The position numbers were made by a program, and so were the translations under genes. The notes below the pieces were generated by a model. It had not been told where the DNA came from. It was given only the letters and a program-made list of their open reading frames with translations, and made no database searches. 64,000 nucleotides of DNA from the human T2T-CHM13v2.0 reference genome, Homo sapiens, in NCBI RefSeq assembly GCF_009914755.1, contig NC_060942.1. One strand, 5' to 3'. Below are positions 13,901 through 28,900 of the stretch, piece by piece; within the stretch, counting starts at the first letter, position 1; each line of letters starts with the position of its first letter.

Positions 13901-16900
13901 AGAGCAGGTTGGAATCACTCCTTTTGTAGTATCTGGAAGTGGACATTTGGAGCGCTTTCAGGCCTATTTTGGAAAGGGAAATATCTTCCCGTAACAACTA
14001 TGCAGAAGCATTCTCAGAAACTTGTTTGTGATGTGTGCCCTCTACTGACAGAGTTGAACCTTTCTTTTCATAGAGCAGTTTTGAAACACTCTTTTTGTAG
14101 AATCTGCAAGAGGATATTTGCATAGCTTTGAGGATTTCGTGGGAAACGGGATTGTCTTCAGGTAAAATCTAGACAGAAGCATTCTCAGAAACTTCTTTGG
14201 GATGTTTGCATTCAAGTCACAGAGTAGAACATTCCCTTTGGTAGAGCAGGTTTGAAACACTCTTTTTGTAGTATCTGGAAGTGGACATTTGGAGCGCTTT
14301 CAGGCCCATGTTGGAAAGGGAAATATCTTCCCGTAACAACTAGGCAGAAGCATTCTCAGAAACTTATTTGAGATGTGTGTACTCAACTAAGAGAATTGAA
14401 CCACCGTTTTGAAGGAGCAGTTTTGAAACACTCTTTTTCTGGAATCTGCAAGAGTATATTTGCCTAGCCTTGAGGATTTCGTTGGAAACGGGATTGTCTT
14501 CAGAGAAAATCTAGACAGAAGCATTCTCAGAAACTTCTTTGGGATGCTTGCATTCAAGTCACAGAGTAGAACATTCCCTTTGGTAGAGCAGGTTTGAAAC
14601 ACTCTTTTTGTAGTATCTGGAAGTGGACATTTGGAGCGCTTTCAGGCCTACGTTGGAAAAGGAAATATCTTCCCATAACAACTAGACAGAAGCATTCTCA
14701 GAAACTAGTTTCTGATGTGTGTCCTCAACTAACACAGTTGAACATTTCTTTAGACAGAACAGTTTTGAAACACTCTTTTTGTGGAATCTGCAAGTGGCTA
14801 TTTGGCTAGATTTGAGGATTTCGTTGGAAACGGGATTACATATAAAAAGCAGTCAGCGGCATTCTCAGAAAGTTCTTTGTGATGATTGCATTCAAGTCAC
14901 AGAATTGAACATTCCCTTTCACAGAGCAGGTTTGAAACACTCTTTTTGTAGTGTGTGTAAGTGGACATTTGGAGCACTTACCGGCCTAAGGTGAAAAAGG
15001 AAATATCTTCCCATAAAAACTAGACAGAAGCATTCTCAGAAACTTACTCGTGATGTGTGTCCTCAACTAAAGGAGTAGAACCTTTCTTTTCATAGAGAAG
15101 TTTTGAAACGCTCTTTTTGTGGAATCTGCAAGTGGATATTTGGCTAGTTTTGAGGATTTCGTTGGAAGCGGGAATTCATACAAATTGCAGACTGCAGCGT
15201 TCTGAGAAACATCTTTGTGATGTTTGTATTCAGGACACAGAGTTGAACATTCCCTATCATAGAGCAGGTTTGAATCACTCCTTTTGTAGTATCTGGAAGT
15301 GGACATTTGGAGCGCTTTCAGGCCTATGTTGGAAAAGGAAATATCTTCCCATAACAACTAGACAGAAGCATTCTCAGAAACTTATTTGAGATGTGTGTAC
15401 TCAACTAAGAGAATTGAACCACCGTTTTGAAGGAGCAGTTTTGAAACTCTCTTTTTCTGGAATCTGCAAGTGGATATTTGGCTAGCTTTGGGGATTTCGC
15501 TGGAAGCGGGAATACATATAAAAAGCACACAGCAGCGTTCTGAGAAACTGCTTTCTGATGTTTGCATTCAAGTCAAAAGTTGAACACTCCCTTTCATAGA
15601 GCAGTCCTGAAACACCCCTTTTGTAGTATCTGGAACTGGACTTTTGGAGCGATTTCAGGGCTAAGGTGAAAAAGGAAATATCTTCCCATAAAAACTGGAC
15701 AGAAGCATTCTCAGAAACTTGTTTATGCTGTATCTACTCAACTAACAAAGTTGAACCTTTCTTTTGATAGAGCAGTTTTGAAATGGTCTTTTTGTGGAAT
15801 CTGCAAGTGGATATTTGGCTAGTTTTGAGGATTTCGTTGGAAGCGGGAATTCATACAAATTGCAGACTGCAGCGTTCTGAGAAACATCTTTGTGATGTTT
15901 GTATTCAGGACACAGAGTTGAACATTCCCTATCATAGAGCAGGTTGGAATCACTCCTTTTGTAGTATCTGGAAGTGGACATTTGGAGCGCTTTCAGGCCT
16001 ATTTTGGAAAGGGAAATATCTTCCCGTAACAACTATGCAGAAGCATTCTCAGAAACTTGTTTGTGATGTGTGCCCTCTACTGACAGAGTTGAACCTTTCT
16101 TTTCATAGAGCAGTTTTGAAACACTCTTTTTGTAGAATCTGCAAGAGGATATTTGCATAGCTTTGAGGATTTCGTGGGAAACGGGATTGTCTTCAGGTAA
16201 AATCTAGACAGAAGCATTCTCAGAAACTTCTTTGGGATGTTTGCATTCAAGTCACAGAGTAGAACATTCCCTTTGGTAGAGCAGGTTTGAAACACTCTTT
16301 TTGTAGTATCTGGAAGTGGACATTTGGAGCGCTTTCAGGCCCATGTTGGAAAGGGAAATATCTTCCCGTAACAACTAGGCAGAAGCATTCTCAGAAACTT
16401 ATTTGAGATGTGTGTACTCAACTAAGAGAATTGAACCACCGTTTTGAAGGAGCAGTTTTGAAACACTCTTTTTCTGGAATCTGCAAGAGTATATTTGCCT
16501 AGCCTTGAGGATTTCGTTGGAAACGGGATTGTCTTCAGAGAAAATCTAGACAGAAGCATTCTCAGAAACTTCTTTGGGATGCTTGCATTCAAGTCACAGA
16601 GTAGAACATTCCCTTTGGTAGAGCAGGTTTGAAACACTCTTTTTGTAGTATCTGGAAGTGGACATTTGGAGCGCTTTCAGGCCTACGTTGGAAAAGGAAA
16701 TATCTTCCCATAACAACTAGACAGAAGCATTCTCAGAAACTAGTTTCTGATGTGTGTCCTCAACTAACACAGTTGAACATTTCTTTAGACAGAACAGTTT
16801 TGAAACACTCTTTTTGTGGAATCTGCAAGTGGCTATTTGGCTAGATTTGAGGATTTCGTTGGAAACGGGATTACATATAAAAAGCAGTCAGCGGCATTCT

Positions 16901-19900
16901 CAGAAAGTTCTTTGTGATGATTGCATTCAAGTCACAGAATTGAACATTCCCTTTCACAGAGCAGGTTTGAAACACTCTTTTTGTAGTGTGTGTAAGTGGA
17001 CATTTGGAGCACTTACCGGCCTAAGGTGAAAAAGGAAATATCTTCCCATAAAAACTAGACAGAAGCATTCTCAGAAACTTACTCGTGATGTGTGTCCTCA
17101 ACTAAAGGGGTAGAACCTTTCTTTTCATAGAGAAGTTTTGAAACGCTCTTTTTGTGGAATCTGCAAGTGGATATTTGGCTAGTTTTGAGGATTTCGTTGG
17201 AAGCGGGAATTCATACAAATTGCAGACTGCAGCGTTCTGAGAAACATCTTTGTGATGTTTGTATTCAGGACACAGAGTTGAACATTCCCTATCATAGAGC
17301 AGGTTTGAATCACTCCTTTTGTAGTATCTGGAAGTGGACATTTGGAGCGCTTTCAGGCCTATGTTGGAAAAGGAAATATCTTCCCATAACAACTAGACAG
17401 AAGCATTCTCAGAAACTTATTTGAGATGTGTGTACTCAACTAAGAGAATTGAACCACCGTTTTGAAGGAGCAGTTTTGAAACTCTCTTTTTCTGGAATCT
17501 GCAAGTGGATATTTGGCTAGCTTTGGGGATTTCGCTGGAAGCGGGAATACATATAAAAAGCACACAGCAGCGTTCTGAGAAACTGCTTTCTGATGTTTGC
17601 ATTCAAGTCAAAAGTTGAACACTCCCTTTCATAGAGCAGTCCTGAAACACCCCTTTTGTAGTATCTGGAACTGGACTTTTGGAGCGATTTCAGGGCTAAG
17701 GTGAAAAAGGAAATATCTTCCCATAAAAACTGGACAGAAGCATTCTCAGAAACTTGTTTATGCTGTATCTACTCAACTAACAAAGTTGAACCTTTCTTTT
17801 GATAGAGCAGTTTTGAAATGGTCTTTTTGTGGAATCTGCAAGTGGATATTTGGCTAGTTTTGAGGATTTCGTTGGAAGCGGGAATTCATACAAATTGCAG
17901 ACTGCAGCGTTCTGAGAAACATCTTTGTGATGTTTGTATTCAGGACACAGAGTTGAACATTCCCTATCATAGAGCAGGTTGGAATCACTCCTTTTGTAGT
18001 ATCTGGAAGTGGACATTTGGAGCGCTTTCAGGCCTATTTTGGAAAGGGAAATATCTTCCCGTAACAACTATGCAGAAGCATTCTCAGAAACTTGTTTGTG
18101 ATGTGTGCCCTCTACTGACAGAGTTGAACCTTTCTTTTCATAGAGCAGTTTTGAAACACTCTTTTTGTAGAATCTGCAAGAGGATATTTGCATAGCTTTG
18201 AGGATTTCGTGGGAAACGGGATTGTCTTCAGGTAAAATCTAGACAGAAGCATTCTCAGAAACTTCTTTGGGATGTTTGCATTCAAGTCACAGAGTAGAAC
18301 ATTCCCTTTGGTAGAGCAGGTTTGAAACACTCTTTTTGTAGTATCTGGAAGTGGACATTTGGAGCGCTTTCAGGCCCATGTTGGAAAGGGAAATATCTTC
18401 CCGTAACAACTAGGCAGAAGCATTCTCAGAAACTTATTTGAGATGTGTGTACTCAACTAAGAGAATTGAACCACCGTTTTGAAGGAGCAGTTTTGAAACA
18501 CTCTTTTTCTGGAATCTGCAAGAGTATATTTGCCTAGCCTTGAGGATTTCGTTGGAAACGGGATTGTCTTCAGAGAAAATCTAGACAGAAGCATTCTCAG
18601 AAACTTCTTTGGGATGCTTGCATTCAAGTCACAGAGTAGAACATTCCCTTTGGTAGAGCAGGTTTGAAACACTCTTTTTGTAGTATCTGGAAGTGGACAT
18701 TTGGAGCGCTTTCAGGCCTACGTTGGAAAAGGAAATATCTTCCCATAACAACTAGACAGAAGCATTCTCAGAAACTAGTTTCTGATGTGTGTCCTCAACT
18801 AACACAGTTGAACATTTCTTTAGACAGAACAGTTTTGAAACACTCTTTTTGTGGAATCTGCAAGTGGCTATTTGGCTAGATTTGAGGATTTCGTTGGAAA
18901 CGGGATTACATATAAAAACCAGTCAGCGGCATTCTCAGAAAGTTCTTTGTGATGATTGCATTCAAGTCACAGAATTGAACATTCCCTTTCACAGAGCAGG
19001 TTTGAAACACTCTTTTTGTAGTGTGTGTAAGTGGACATTTGGAGCACTTACCGGCCTAAGGTGAAAAAGGAAATATCTTCCCATAAAAACTAGACAGAAG
19101 CATTCTCAGAAACTTACTCGTGATGTGTGTCCTCAACTAAAGGGGTAGAACCTTTCTTTTCATAGAGAAGTTTTGAAACGCTCTTTTTGTGGAATCTGCA
19201 AGTGGATATTTGGCTAGTTTTGAGGATTTCGTTGGAAGCGGGAATTCATACAAATTGCAGACTGCAGCGTTCTGAGAAACATCTTTGTGATGTTTGTATT
19301 CAGGACACAGAGTTGAACATTCCCTATCATAGAGCAGGTTTGAATCACTCCTTTTGTAGTATCTGGAAGTGGACATTTGGAGCGCTTTCAGGCCTATGTT
19401 GGAAAAGGAAATATCTTCCCATAACAACTAGACAGAAGCATTCTCAGAAACTTATTTGAGATGTGTGTACTCAACTAAGAGAATTGAACCACCGTTTTGA
19501 AGGAGCAGTTTTGAAACTCTCTTTTTCTGGAATCTGCAAGTGGATATTTGGCTAGCTTTGGGGATTTCGCTGGAAGCGGGAATACATATAAAAAGCACAC
19601 AGCAGCGTTCTGAGAAACTGCTTTCTGATGTTTGCATTCAAGTCAAAAGTTGAACACTCCCTTTCATAGAGCAGTCCTGAAACACCCCTTTTGTAGTATC
19701 TGGAACTGGACTTTTGGAGCGATTTCAGGGCTAAGGTGAAAAAGGAAATATCTTCCCATAAAAACTGGACAGAAGCATTCTCAGAAACTTGTTTATGCTG
19801 TATCTACTCAACTAACAAAGTTGAACCTTTCTTTTGATAGAGCAGTTTTGAAATGGTCTTTTTGTGGAATCTGCAAGTGGATATTTGGCTAGTTTTGAGG

Positions 19901-22900
19901 ATTTCGTTGGAAGCGGGAATTCATACAAATTGCAGACTGCAGCGTTCTGAGAAACATCTTTGTGATGTTTGTATTCAGGACACAGAGTTGAACATTCCCT
20001 ATCATAGAGCAGGTTGGAATCACTCCTTTTGTAGTATCTGGAAGTGGACATTTGGAGCGCTTTCAGGCCTATTTTGGAAAGGGAAATATCTTCCCGTAAC
20101 AACTATGCAGAAGCATTCTCAGAAACTTGTTTGTGATGTGTGCCCTCTACTGACAGAGTTGAACCTTTCTTTTCATAGAGCAGTTTTGAAACACTCTTTT
20201 TGTAGAATCTGCAAGAGGATATTTGCATAGCTTTGAGGATTTCGTGGGAAACGGGATTGTCTTCAGGTAAAATCTAGACAGAAGCATTCTCAGAAACTTC
20301 TTTGGGATGTTTGCATTCAAGTCACAGAGTAGAACATTCCCTTTGGTAGAGCAGGTTTGAAACACTCTTTTTGTAGTATCTGGAAGTGGACATTTGGAGC
20401 GCTTTCAGGCCCATGTTGGAAAGGGAAATATCTTCCCGTAACAACTAGGCAGAAGCATTCTCAGAAACTTATTTGAGATGTGTGTACTCAACTAAGAGAA
20501 TTGAACCACCGTTTTGAAGGAGCAGTTTTGAAACACTCTTTTTCTGGAATCTGCAAGAGTATATTTGCCTAGCCTTGAGGATTTCGTTGGAAACGGGATT
20601 GTCTTCAGAGAAAATCTAGACAGAAGCATTCTCAGAAACTTCTTTGGGATGCTTGCATTCAAGTCACAGAGTAGAACATTCCCTTTGGTAGAGCAGGTTT
20701 GAAACACTCTTTTTGTAGTATCTGGAAGTGGACATTTGGAGCGCTTTCAGGCCTACGTTGGAAAAGGAAATATCTTCCCATAACAACTAGACAGAAGCAT
20801 TCTCAGAAACTAGTTTCTGATGTGTGTCCTCAACTAACACAGTTGAACATTTCTTTAGACAGAACAGTTTTGAAACACTCTTTTTGTGGAATCTGCAAGT
20901 GGCTATTTGGCTAGATTTGAGGATTTCGTTGGAAACGGGATTACATATAAAAAGCAGTCAGCGGCATTCTCAGAAAGTTCTTTGTGATGATTGCATTCAA
21001 GTCACAGAATTGAACATTCCCTTTCACAGAGCAGGTTTGAAACACTCTTTTTGTAGTGTGTGTAAGTGGACATTTGGAGCACTTACCGGCCTAAGGTGAA
21101 AAAGGAAATATCTTCCCATAAAAACTAGACAGAAGCATTCTCAGAAACTTACTCGTGATGTGTGTCCTCAACTAAAGGAGTAGAACCTTTCTTTTCATAG
21201 AGAAGTTTTGAAACGCTCTTTTTGTGGAATCTGCAAGTGGATATTTGGCTAGTTTTGAGGATTTCGTTGGAAGCGGGAATTCATACAAATTGCAGACTGC
21301 AGCGTTCTGAGAAACATCTTTGTGATGTTTGTATTCAGGACACAGAGTTGAACATTCCCTATCATAGAGCAGGTTTGAATCACTCCTTTTGTAGTATCTG
21401 GAAGTGGACATTTGGAGCGCTTTCAGGCCTATGTTGGAAAAGGAAATATCTTCCCATAACAACTAGACAGAAGCATTCTCAGAAACTTATTTGAGATGTG
21501 TGTACTCAACTAAGAGAATTGAACCACCGTTTTGAAGGAGCAGTTTTGAAACTCTCTTTTTCTGGAATCTGCAAGTGGATATTTGGCTAGCTTTGGGGAT
21601 TTCGCTGGAAGCGGGAATACATATAAAAAGCACACAGCAGCGTTCTGAGAAACTGCTTTCTGATGTTTGCATTCAAGTCAAAAGTTGAACACTCCCTTTC
21701 ATAGAGCAGTCCTGAAACACCCCTTTTGTAGTATCTGGAACTGGACTTTTGGAGCGATTTCAGGGCTAAGGTGAAAAAGGAAATATCTTCCCATAAAAAC
21801 TGGACAGAAGCATTCTCAGAAACTTGTTTATGCTGTATCTACTCAACTAACAAAGTTGAACCTTTCTTTTGATAGAGCAGTTTTGAAATGGTCTTTTTGT
21901 GGAATCTGCAAGTGGATATTTGGCTAGTTTTGAGGATTTCGTTGGAAGCGGGAATTCATACAAATTGCAGACTGCAGCGTTCTGAGAAACATCTTTGTGA
22001 TGTTTGTATTCAGGACACAGAGTTGAACATTCCCTATCATAGAGCAGGTTGGAATCACTCCTTTTGTAGTATCTGGAAGTGGACATTTGGAGCGCTTTCA
22101 GGCCTATTTTGGAAAGGGAAATATCTTCCCGTAACAACTATGCAGAAGCATTCTCAGAAACTTGTTTGTGATGTGTGCCCTCTACTGACAGAGTTGAACC
22201 TTTCTTTTCATAGAGCAGTTTTGAAACACTCTTTTTGTAGAATCTGCAAGAGGATATTTGCATAGCTTTGAGGATTTCGTGGGAAACGGGATTGTCTTCA
22301 GGTAAAATCTAGACAGAAGCATTCTCAGAAACTTCTTTGGGATGTTTGCATTCAAGTCACAGAGTAGAACATTCCCTTTGGTAGAGCAGGTTTGAAACAC
22401 TCTTTTTGTAGTATCTGGAAGTGGACATTTGGAGCGCTTTCAGGCCCATGTTGGAAAGGGAAATATCTTCCCGTAACAACTAGGCAGAAGCATTCTCAGA
22501 AACTTATTTGAGATGTGTGTACTCAACTAAGAGAATTGAACCACCGTTTTGAAGGAGCAGTTTTGAAACACTCTTTTTCTGGAATCTGCAAGAGTATATT
22601 TGCCTAGCCTTGAGGATTTCGTTGGAAACGGGATTGTCTTCAGAGAAAATCTAGACAGAAGCATTCTCAGAAACTTCTTTGGGATGCTTGCATTCAAGTC
22701 ACAGAGTAGAACATTCCCTTTGGTAGAGCAGGTTTGAAACACTCTTTTTGTAGTATCTGGAAGTGGACATTTGGAGCGCTTTCAGGCCTACGTTGGAAAA
22801 GGAAATATCTTCCCATAACAACTAGACAGAAGCATTCTCAGAAACTAGTTTCTGATGTGTGTCCTCAACTAACACAGTTGAACATTTCTTTAGACAGAAC

Positions 22901-25900
22901 AGTTTTGAAACACTCTTTTTGTGGAATCTGCAAGTGGCTATTTGGCTAGATTTGAGGATTTCGTTGGAAACGGGATTACATATAAAAAGCAGTCAGCGGC
23001 ATTCTCAGAAAGTTCTTTGTGATGATTGCATTCAAGTCACAGAATTGAACATTCCCTTTCACAGAGCAGGTTTGAAACACTCTTTTTGTAGTGTGTGTAA
23101 GTGGACATTTGGAGCACTTACCGGCCTAAGGTGAAAAAGGAAATATCTTCCCATAAAAACTAGACAGAAGCATTCTCAGAAACTTACTCGTGATGTGTGT
23201 CCTCAACTAAAGGAGTAGAACCTTTCTTTTCATAGAGAAGTTTTGAAACGCTCTTTTTGTGGAATCTGCAAGTGGATATTTGGCTAGTTTTGAGGATTTC
23301 GTTGGAAGCGGGAATTCATACAAATTGCAGACTGCAGCGTTCTGAGAAACATCTTTGTGATGTTTGTATTCAGGACACAGAGTTGAACATTCCCTATCAT
23401 AGAGCAGGTTTGAATCACTCCTTTTGTAGTATCTGGAAGTGGACATTTGGAGCGCTTTCAGGCCTATGTTGGAAAAGGAAATATCTTCCCATAACAACTA
23501 GACAGAAGCATTCTCAGAAACTTATTTGAGATGTGTGTACTCAACTAAGAGAATTGAACCACCGTTTTGAAGGAGCAGTTTTGAAACTCTCTTTTTCTGG
23601 AATCTGCAAGTGGATATTTGGCTAGCTTTGGGGATTTCGCTGGAAGCGGGAATACATATAAAAAGCACACAGCAGCGTTCTGAGAAACTGCTTTCTGATG
23701 TTTGCATTCAAGTCAAAAGTTGAACACTCCCTTTCATAGAGCAGTCCTGAAACACCCCTTTTGTAGTATCTGGAACTGGACTTTTGGAGCGATTTCAGGG
23801 CTAAGGTGAAAAAGGAAATATCTTCCCATAAAAACTGGACAGAAGCATTCTCAGAAACTTGTTTATGCTGTATCTACTCAACTAACAAAGTTGAACCTTT
23901 CTTTTGATAGAGCAGTTTTGAAATGGTCTTTTTGTGGAATCTGCAAGTGGATATTTGGCTAGTTTTGAGGATTTCGTTGGAAGCGGGAATTCATACAAAT
24001 TGCAGACTGCAGCGTTCTGAGAAACATCTTTGTGATGTTTGTATTCAGGACACAGAGTTGAACATTCCCTATCATAGAGCAGGTTGGAATCACTCCTTTT
24101 GTAGTATCTGGAAGTGGACATTTGGAGCGCTTTCAGGCCTATTTTGGAAAGGGAAATATCTTCCCGTAACAACTATGCAGAAGCATTCTCAGAAACTTGT
24201 TTGTGATGTGTGCCCTCTACTGACAGAGTTGAACCTTTCTTTTCATAGAGCAGTTTTGAAACACTCTTTTTGTAGAATCTGCAAGAGGATATTTGCATAG
24301 CTTTGAGGATTTCGTGGGAAACGGGATTGTCTTCAGGTAAAATCTAGACAGAAGCATTCTCAGAAACTTCTTTGGGATGTTTGCATTCAAGTCACAGAGT
24401 AGAACATTCCCTTTGGTAGAGCAGGTTTGAAACACTCTTTTTGTAGTATCTGGAAGTGGACATTTGGAGCGCTTTCAGGCCCATGTTGGAAAGGGAAATA
24501 TCTTCCCGTAACAACTAGGCAGAAGCATTCTCAGAAACTTATTTGAGATGTGTGTACTCAACTAAGAGAATTGAACCACCGTTTTGAAGGAGCAGTTTTG
24601 AAACACTCTTTTTCTGGAATCTGCAAGAGTATATTTGCCTAGCCTTGAGGATTTCGTTGGAAACGGGATTGTCTTCAGAGAAAATCTAGACAGAAGCATT
24701 CTCAGAAACTTCTTTGGGATGCTTGCATTCAAGTCACAGAGTAGAACATTCCCTTTGGTAGAGCAGGTTTGAAACACTCTTTTTGTAGTATCTGGAAGTG
24801 GACATTTGGAGCGCTTTCAGGCCTACGTTGGAAAAGGAAATATCTTCCCATAACAACTAGACAGAAGCATTCTCAGAAACTAGTTTCTGATGTGTGTCCT
24901 CAACTAACACAGTTGAACATTTCTTTAGACAGAACAGTTTTGAAACACTCTTTTTGTGGAATCTGCAAGTGGCTATTTGGCTAGATTTGAGGATTTCGTT
25001 GGAAACGGGATTACATATAAAAAGCAGTCAGCGGCATTCTCAGAAAGTTCTTTGTGATGATTGCATTCAAGTCACAGAATTGAACATTCCCTTTCACAGA
25101 GCAGGTTTGAAACACTCTTTTTGTAGTGTGTGTAAGTGGACATTTGGAGCACTTACCGGCCTAAGGTGAAAAAGGAAATATCTTCCCATAAAAACTAGAC
25201 AGAAGCATTCTCAGAAACTTACTCGTGATGTGTGTCCTCAACTAAAGGGGTAGAACCTTTCTTTTCATAGAGAAGTTTTGAAACGCTCTTTTTGTGGAAT
25301 CTGCAAGTGGATATTTGGCTAGTTTTGAGGATTTCGTTGGAAGCGGGAATTCATACAAATTGCAGACTGCAGCGTTCTGAGAAACATCTTTGTGATGTTT
25401 GTATTCAGGACACAGAGTTGAACATTCCCTATCATAGAGCAGGTTTGAATCACTCCTTTTGTAGTATCTGGAAGTGGACATTTGGAGCGCTTTCAGGCCT
25501 ATGTTGGAAAAGGAAATATCTTCCCATAACAACTAGACAGAAGCATTCTCAGAAACTTATTTGAGATGTGTGTACTCAACTAAGAGAATTGAACCACCGT
25601 TTTGAAGGAGCAGTTTTGAAACTCTCTTTTTCTGGAATCTGCAAGTGGATATTTGGCTAGCTTTGGGGATTTCGCTGGAAGCGGGAATACATATAAAAAG
25701 CACACAGCAGCGTTCTGAGAAACTGCTTTCTGATGTTTGCATTCAAGTCAAAAGTTGAACACTCCCTTTCATAGAGCAGTCCTGAAACACCCCTTTTGTA
25801 GTATCTGGAACTGGACTTTTGGAGCGATTTCAGGGCTAAGGTGAAAAAGGAAATATCTTCCCATAAAAACTGGACAGAAGCATTCTCAGAAACTTGTTTA

Positions 25901-28900
25901 TGCTGTATCTACTCAACTAACAAAGTTGAACCTTTCTTTTGATAGAGCAGTTTTGAAATGGTCTTTTTGTGGAATCTGCAAGTGGATATTTGGCTAGTTT
26001 TGAGGATTTCGTTGGAAGCGGGAATTCATACAAATTGCAGACTGCAGCGTTCTGAGAAACATCTTTGTGATGTTTGTATTCAGGACACAGAGTTGAACAT
26101 TCCCTATCATAGAGCAGGTTGGAATCACTCCTTTTGTAGTATCTGGAAGTGGACATTTGGAGCGCTTTCAGGCCTATTTTGGAAAGGGAAATATCTTCCC
26201 GTAACAACTATGCAGAAGCATTCTCAGAAACTTGTTTGTGATGTGTGCCCTCTACTGACAGAGTTGAACCTTTCTTTTCATAGAGCAGTTTTGAAACACT
26301 CTTTTTGTAGAATCTGCAAGAGGATATTTGCATAGCTTTGAGGATTTCGTGGGAAACGGGATTGTCTTCAGGTAAAATCTAGACAGAAGCATTCTCAGAA
26401 ACTTCTTTGGGATGTTTGCATTCAAGTCACAGAGTAGAACATTCCCTTTGGTAGAGCAGGTTTGAAACACTCTTTTTGTAGTATCTGGAAGTGGACATTT
26501 GGAGCGCTTTCAGGCCCATGTTGGAAAGGGAAATATCTTCCCGTAACAACTAGGCAGAAGCATTCTCAGAAACTTATTTGAGATGTGTGTACTCAACTAA
26601 GAGAATTGAACCACCGTTTTGAAGGAGCAGTTTTGAAACACTCTTTTTCTGGAATCTGCAAGAGTATATTTGCCTAGCCTTGAGGATTTCGTTGGAAACG
26701 GGATTGTCTTCAGAGAAAATCTAGACAGAAGCATTCTCAGAAACTTCTTTGGGATGCTTGCATTCAAGTCACAGAGTAGAACATTCCCTTTGGTAGAGCA
26801 GGTTTGAAACACTCTTTTTGTAGTATCTGGAAGTGGACATTTGGAGCGCTTTCAGGCCTACGTTGGAAAAGGAAATATCTTCCCATAACAACTAGACAGA
26901 AGCATTCTCAGAAACTAGTTTCTGATGTGTGTCCTCAACTAACACAGTTGAACATTTCTTTAGACAGAACAGTTTTGAAACACTCTTTTTGTGGAATCTG
27001 CAAGTGGCTATTTGGCTAGATTTGAGGATTTCGTTGGAAACGGGATTACATATAAAAAGCAGTCAGCAGCATTCTCAGAAAGTTCTTTGTGATGATTGCA
27101 TTCAAGTCACAGAATTGAACATTCCCTTTCACAGAGCAGGTTTGAAACACTCTTTTTGTAGTGTGTGTAAGTGGACATTTGGAGCACTTACCGGCCTAAG
27201 GTGAAAAAGGAAATATCTTCCCATAAAAACTAGACAGAAGCATTCTCAGAAACTTACTCGTGATGTGTGTCCTCAACTAAAGGAGTAGAACCTTTCTTTT
27301 CATAGAGAAGTTTTGAAACGCTCTTTTTGTGGAATCTGCAAGTGGATATTTGGCTAGTTTTGAGGATTTCGTTGGAAGCGGGAATTCATACAAATTGCAG
27401 ACTGCAGCGTTCTGAGAAACATCTTTGTGATGTTTGTATTCAGGACACAGAGTTGAACATTCCCTATCATAGAGCAGGTTTGAATCACTCCTTTTGTAGT
27501 ATCTGGAAGTGGACATTTGGAGCGCTTTCAGGCCTATGTTGGAAAAGGAAATATCTTCCCATAACAACTAGACAGAAGCATTCTCAGAAACTTATTTGAG
27601 ATGTGTGTACTCAACTAAGAGAATTGAACCACCGTTTTGAAGGAGCAGTTTTGAAACTCTCTTTTTCTGGAATCTGCAAGTGGATATTTGGCTAGCTTTG
27701 GGGATTTCGCTGGAAGCGGGAATACATATAAAAAGCACACAGCAGCGTTCTGAGAAACTGCTTTCTGATGTTTGCATTCAAGTCAAAAGTTGAACACTCC
27801 CTTTCATAGAGCAGTCCTGAAACACCCCTTTTGTAGTATCTGGAACTGGACTTTTGGAGCGATTTCAGGGCTAAGGTGAAAAAGGAAATATCTTCCCATA
27901 AAAACTGGACAGAAGCATTCTCAGAAACTTGTTTATGCTGTATCTACTCAACTAACAAAGTTGAACCTTTCTTTTGATAGAGCAGTTTTGAAATGGTCTT
28001 TTTGTGGAATCTGCAAGTGGATATTTGGCTAGTTTTGAGGATTTCGTTGGAAGCGGGAATTCATACAAATTGCAGACTGCAGCGTTCTGAGAAACATCTT
28101 TGTGATGTTTGTATTCAGGACACAGAGTTGAACATTCCCTATCATAGAGCAGGTTGGAATCACTCCTTTTGTAGTATCTGGAAGTGGACATTTGGAGCGC
28201 TTTCAGGCCTATTTTGGAAAGGGAAATATCTTCCCGTAACAACTATGCAGAAGCATTCTCAGAAACTTGTTTGTGATGTGTGCCCTCTACTGACAGAGTT
28301 GAACCTTTCTTTTCATAGAGCAGTTTTGAAACACTCTTTTTGTAGAATCTGCAAGAGGATATTTGCATAGCTTTGAGGATTTCGTGGGAAACGGGATTGT
28401 CTTCAGGTAAAATCTAGACAGAAGCATTCTCAGAAACTTCTTTGGGATGTTTGCATTCAAGTCACAGAGTAGAACATTCCCTTTGGTAGAGCAGGTTTGA
28501 AACACTCTTTTTGTAGTATCTGGAAGTGGACATTTGGAGCGCTTTCAGGCCCATGTTGGAAAGGGAAATATCTTCCCGTAACAACTAGGCAGAAGCATTC
28601 TCAGAAACTTATTTGAGATGTGTGTACTCAACTAAGAGAATTGAACCACCGTTTTGAAGGAGCAGTTTTGAAACACTCTTTTTCTGGAATCTGCAAGAGT
28701 ATATTTGCCTAGCCTTGAGGATTTCGTTGGAAACGGGATTGTCTTCAGAGAAAATCTAGACAGAAGCATTCTCAGAAACTTCTTTGGGATGCTTGCATTC
28801 AAGTCACAGAGTAGAACATTCCCTTTGGTAGAGCAGGTTTGAAACACTCTTTTTGTAGTATCTGGAAGTGGACATTTGGAGCGCTTTCAGGCCTACGTTG

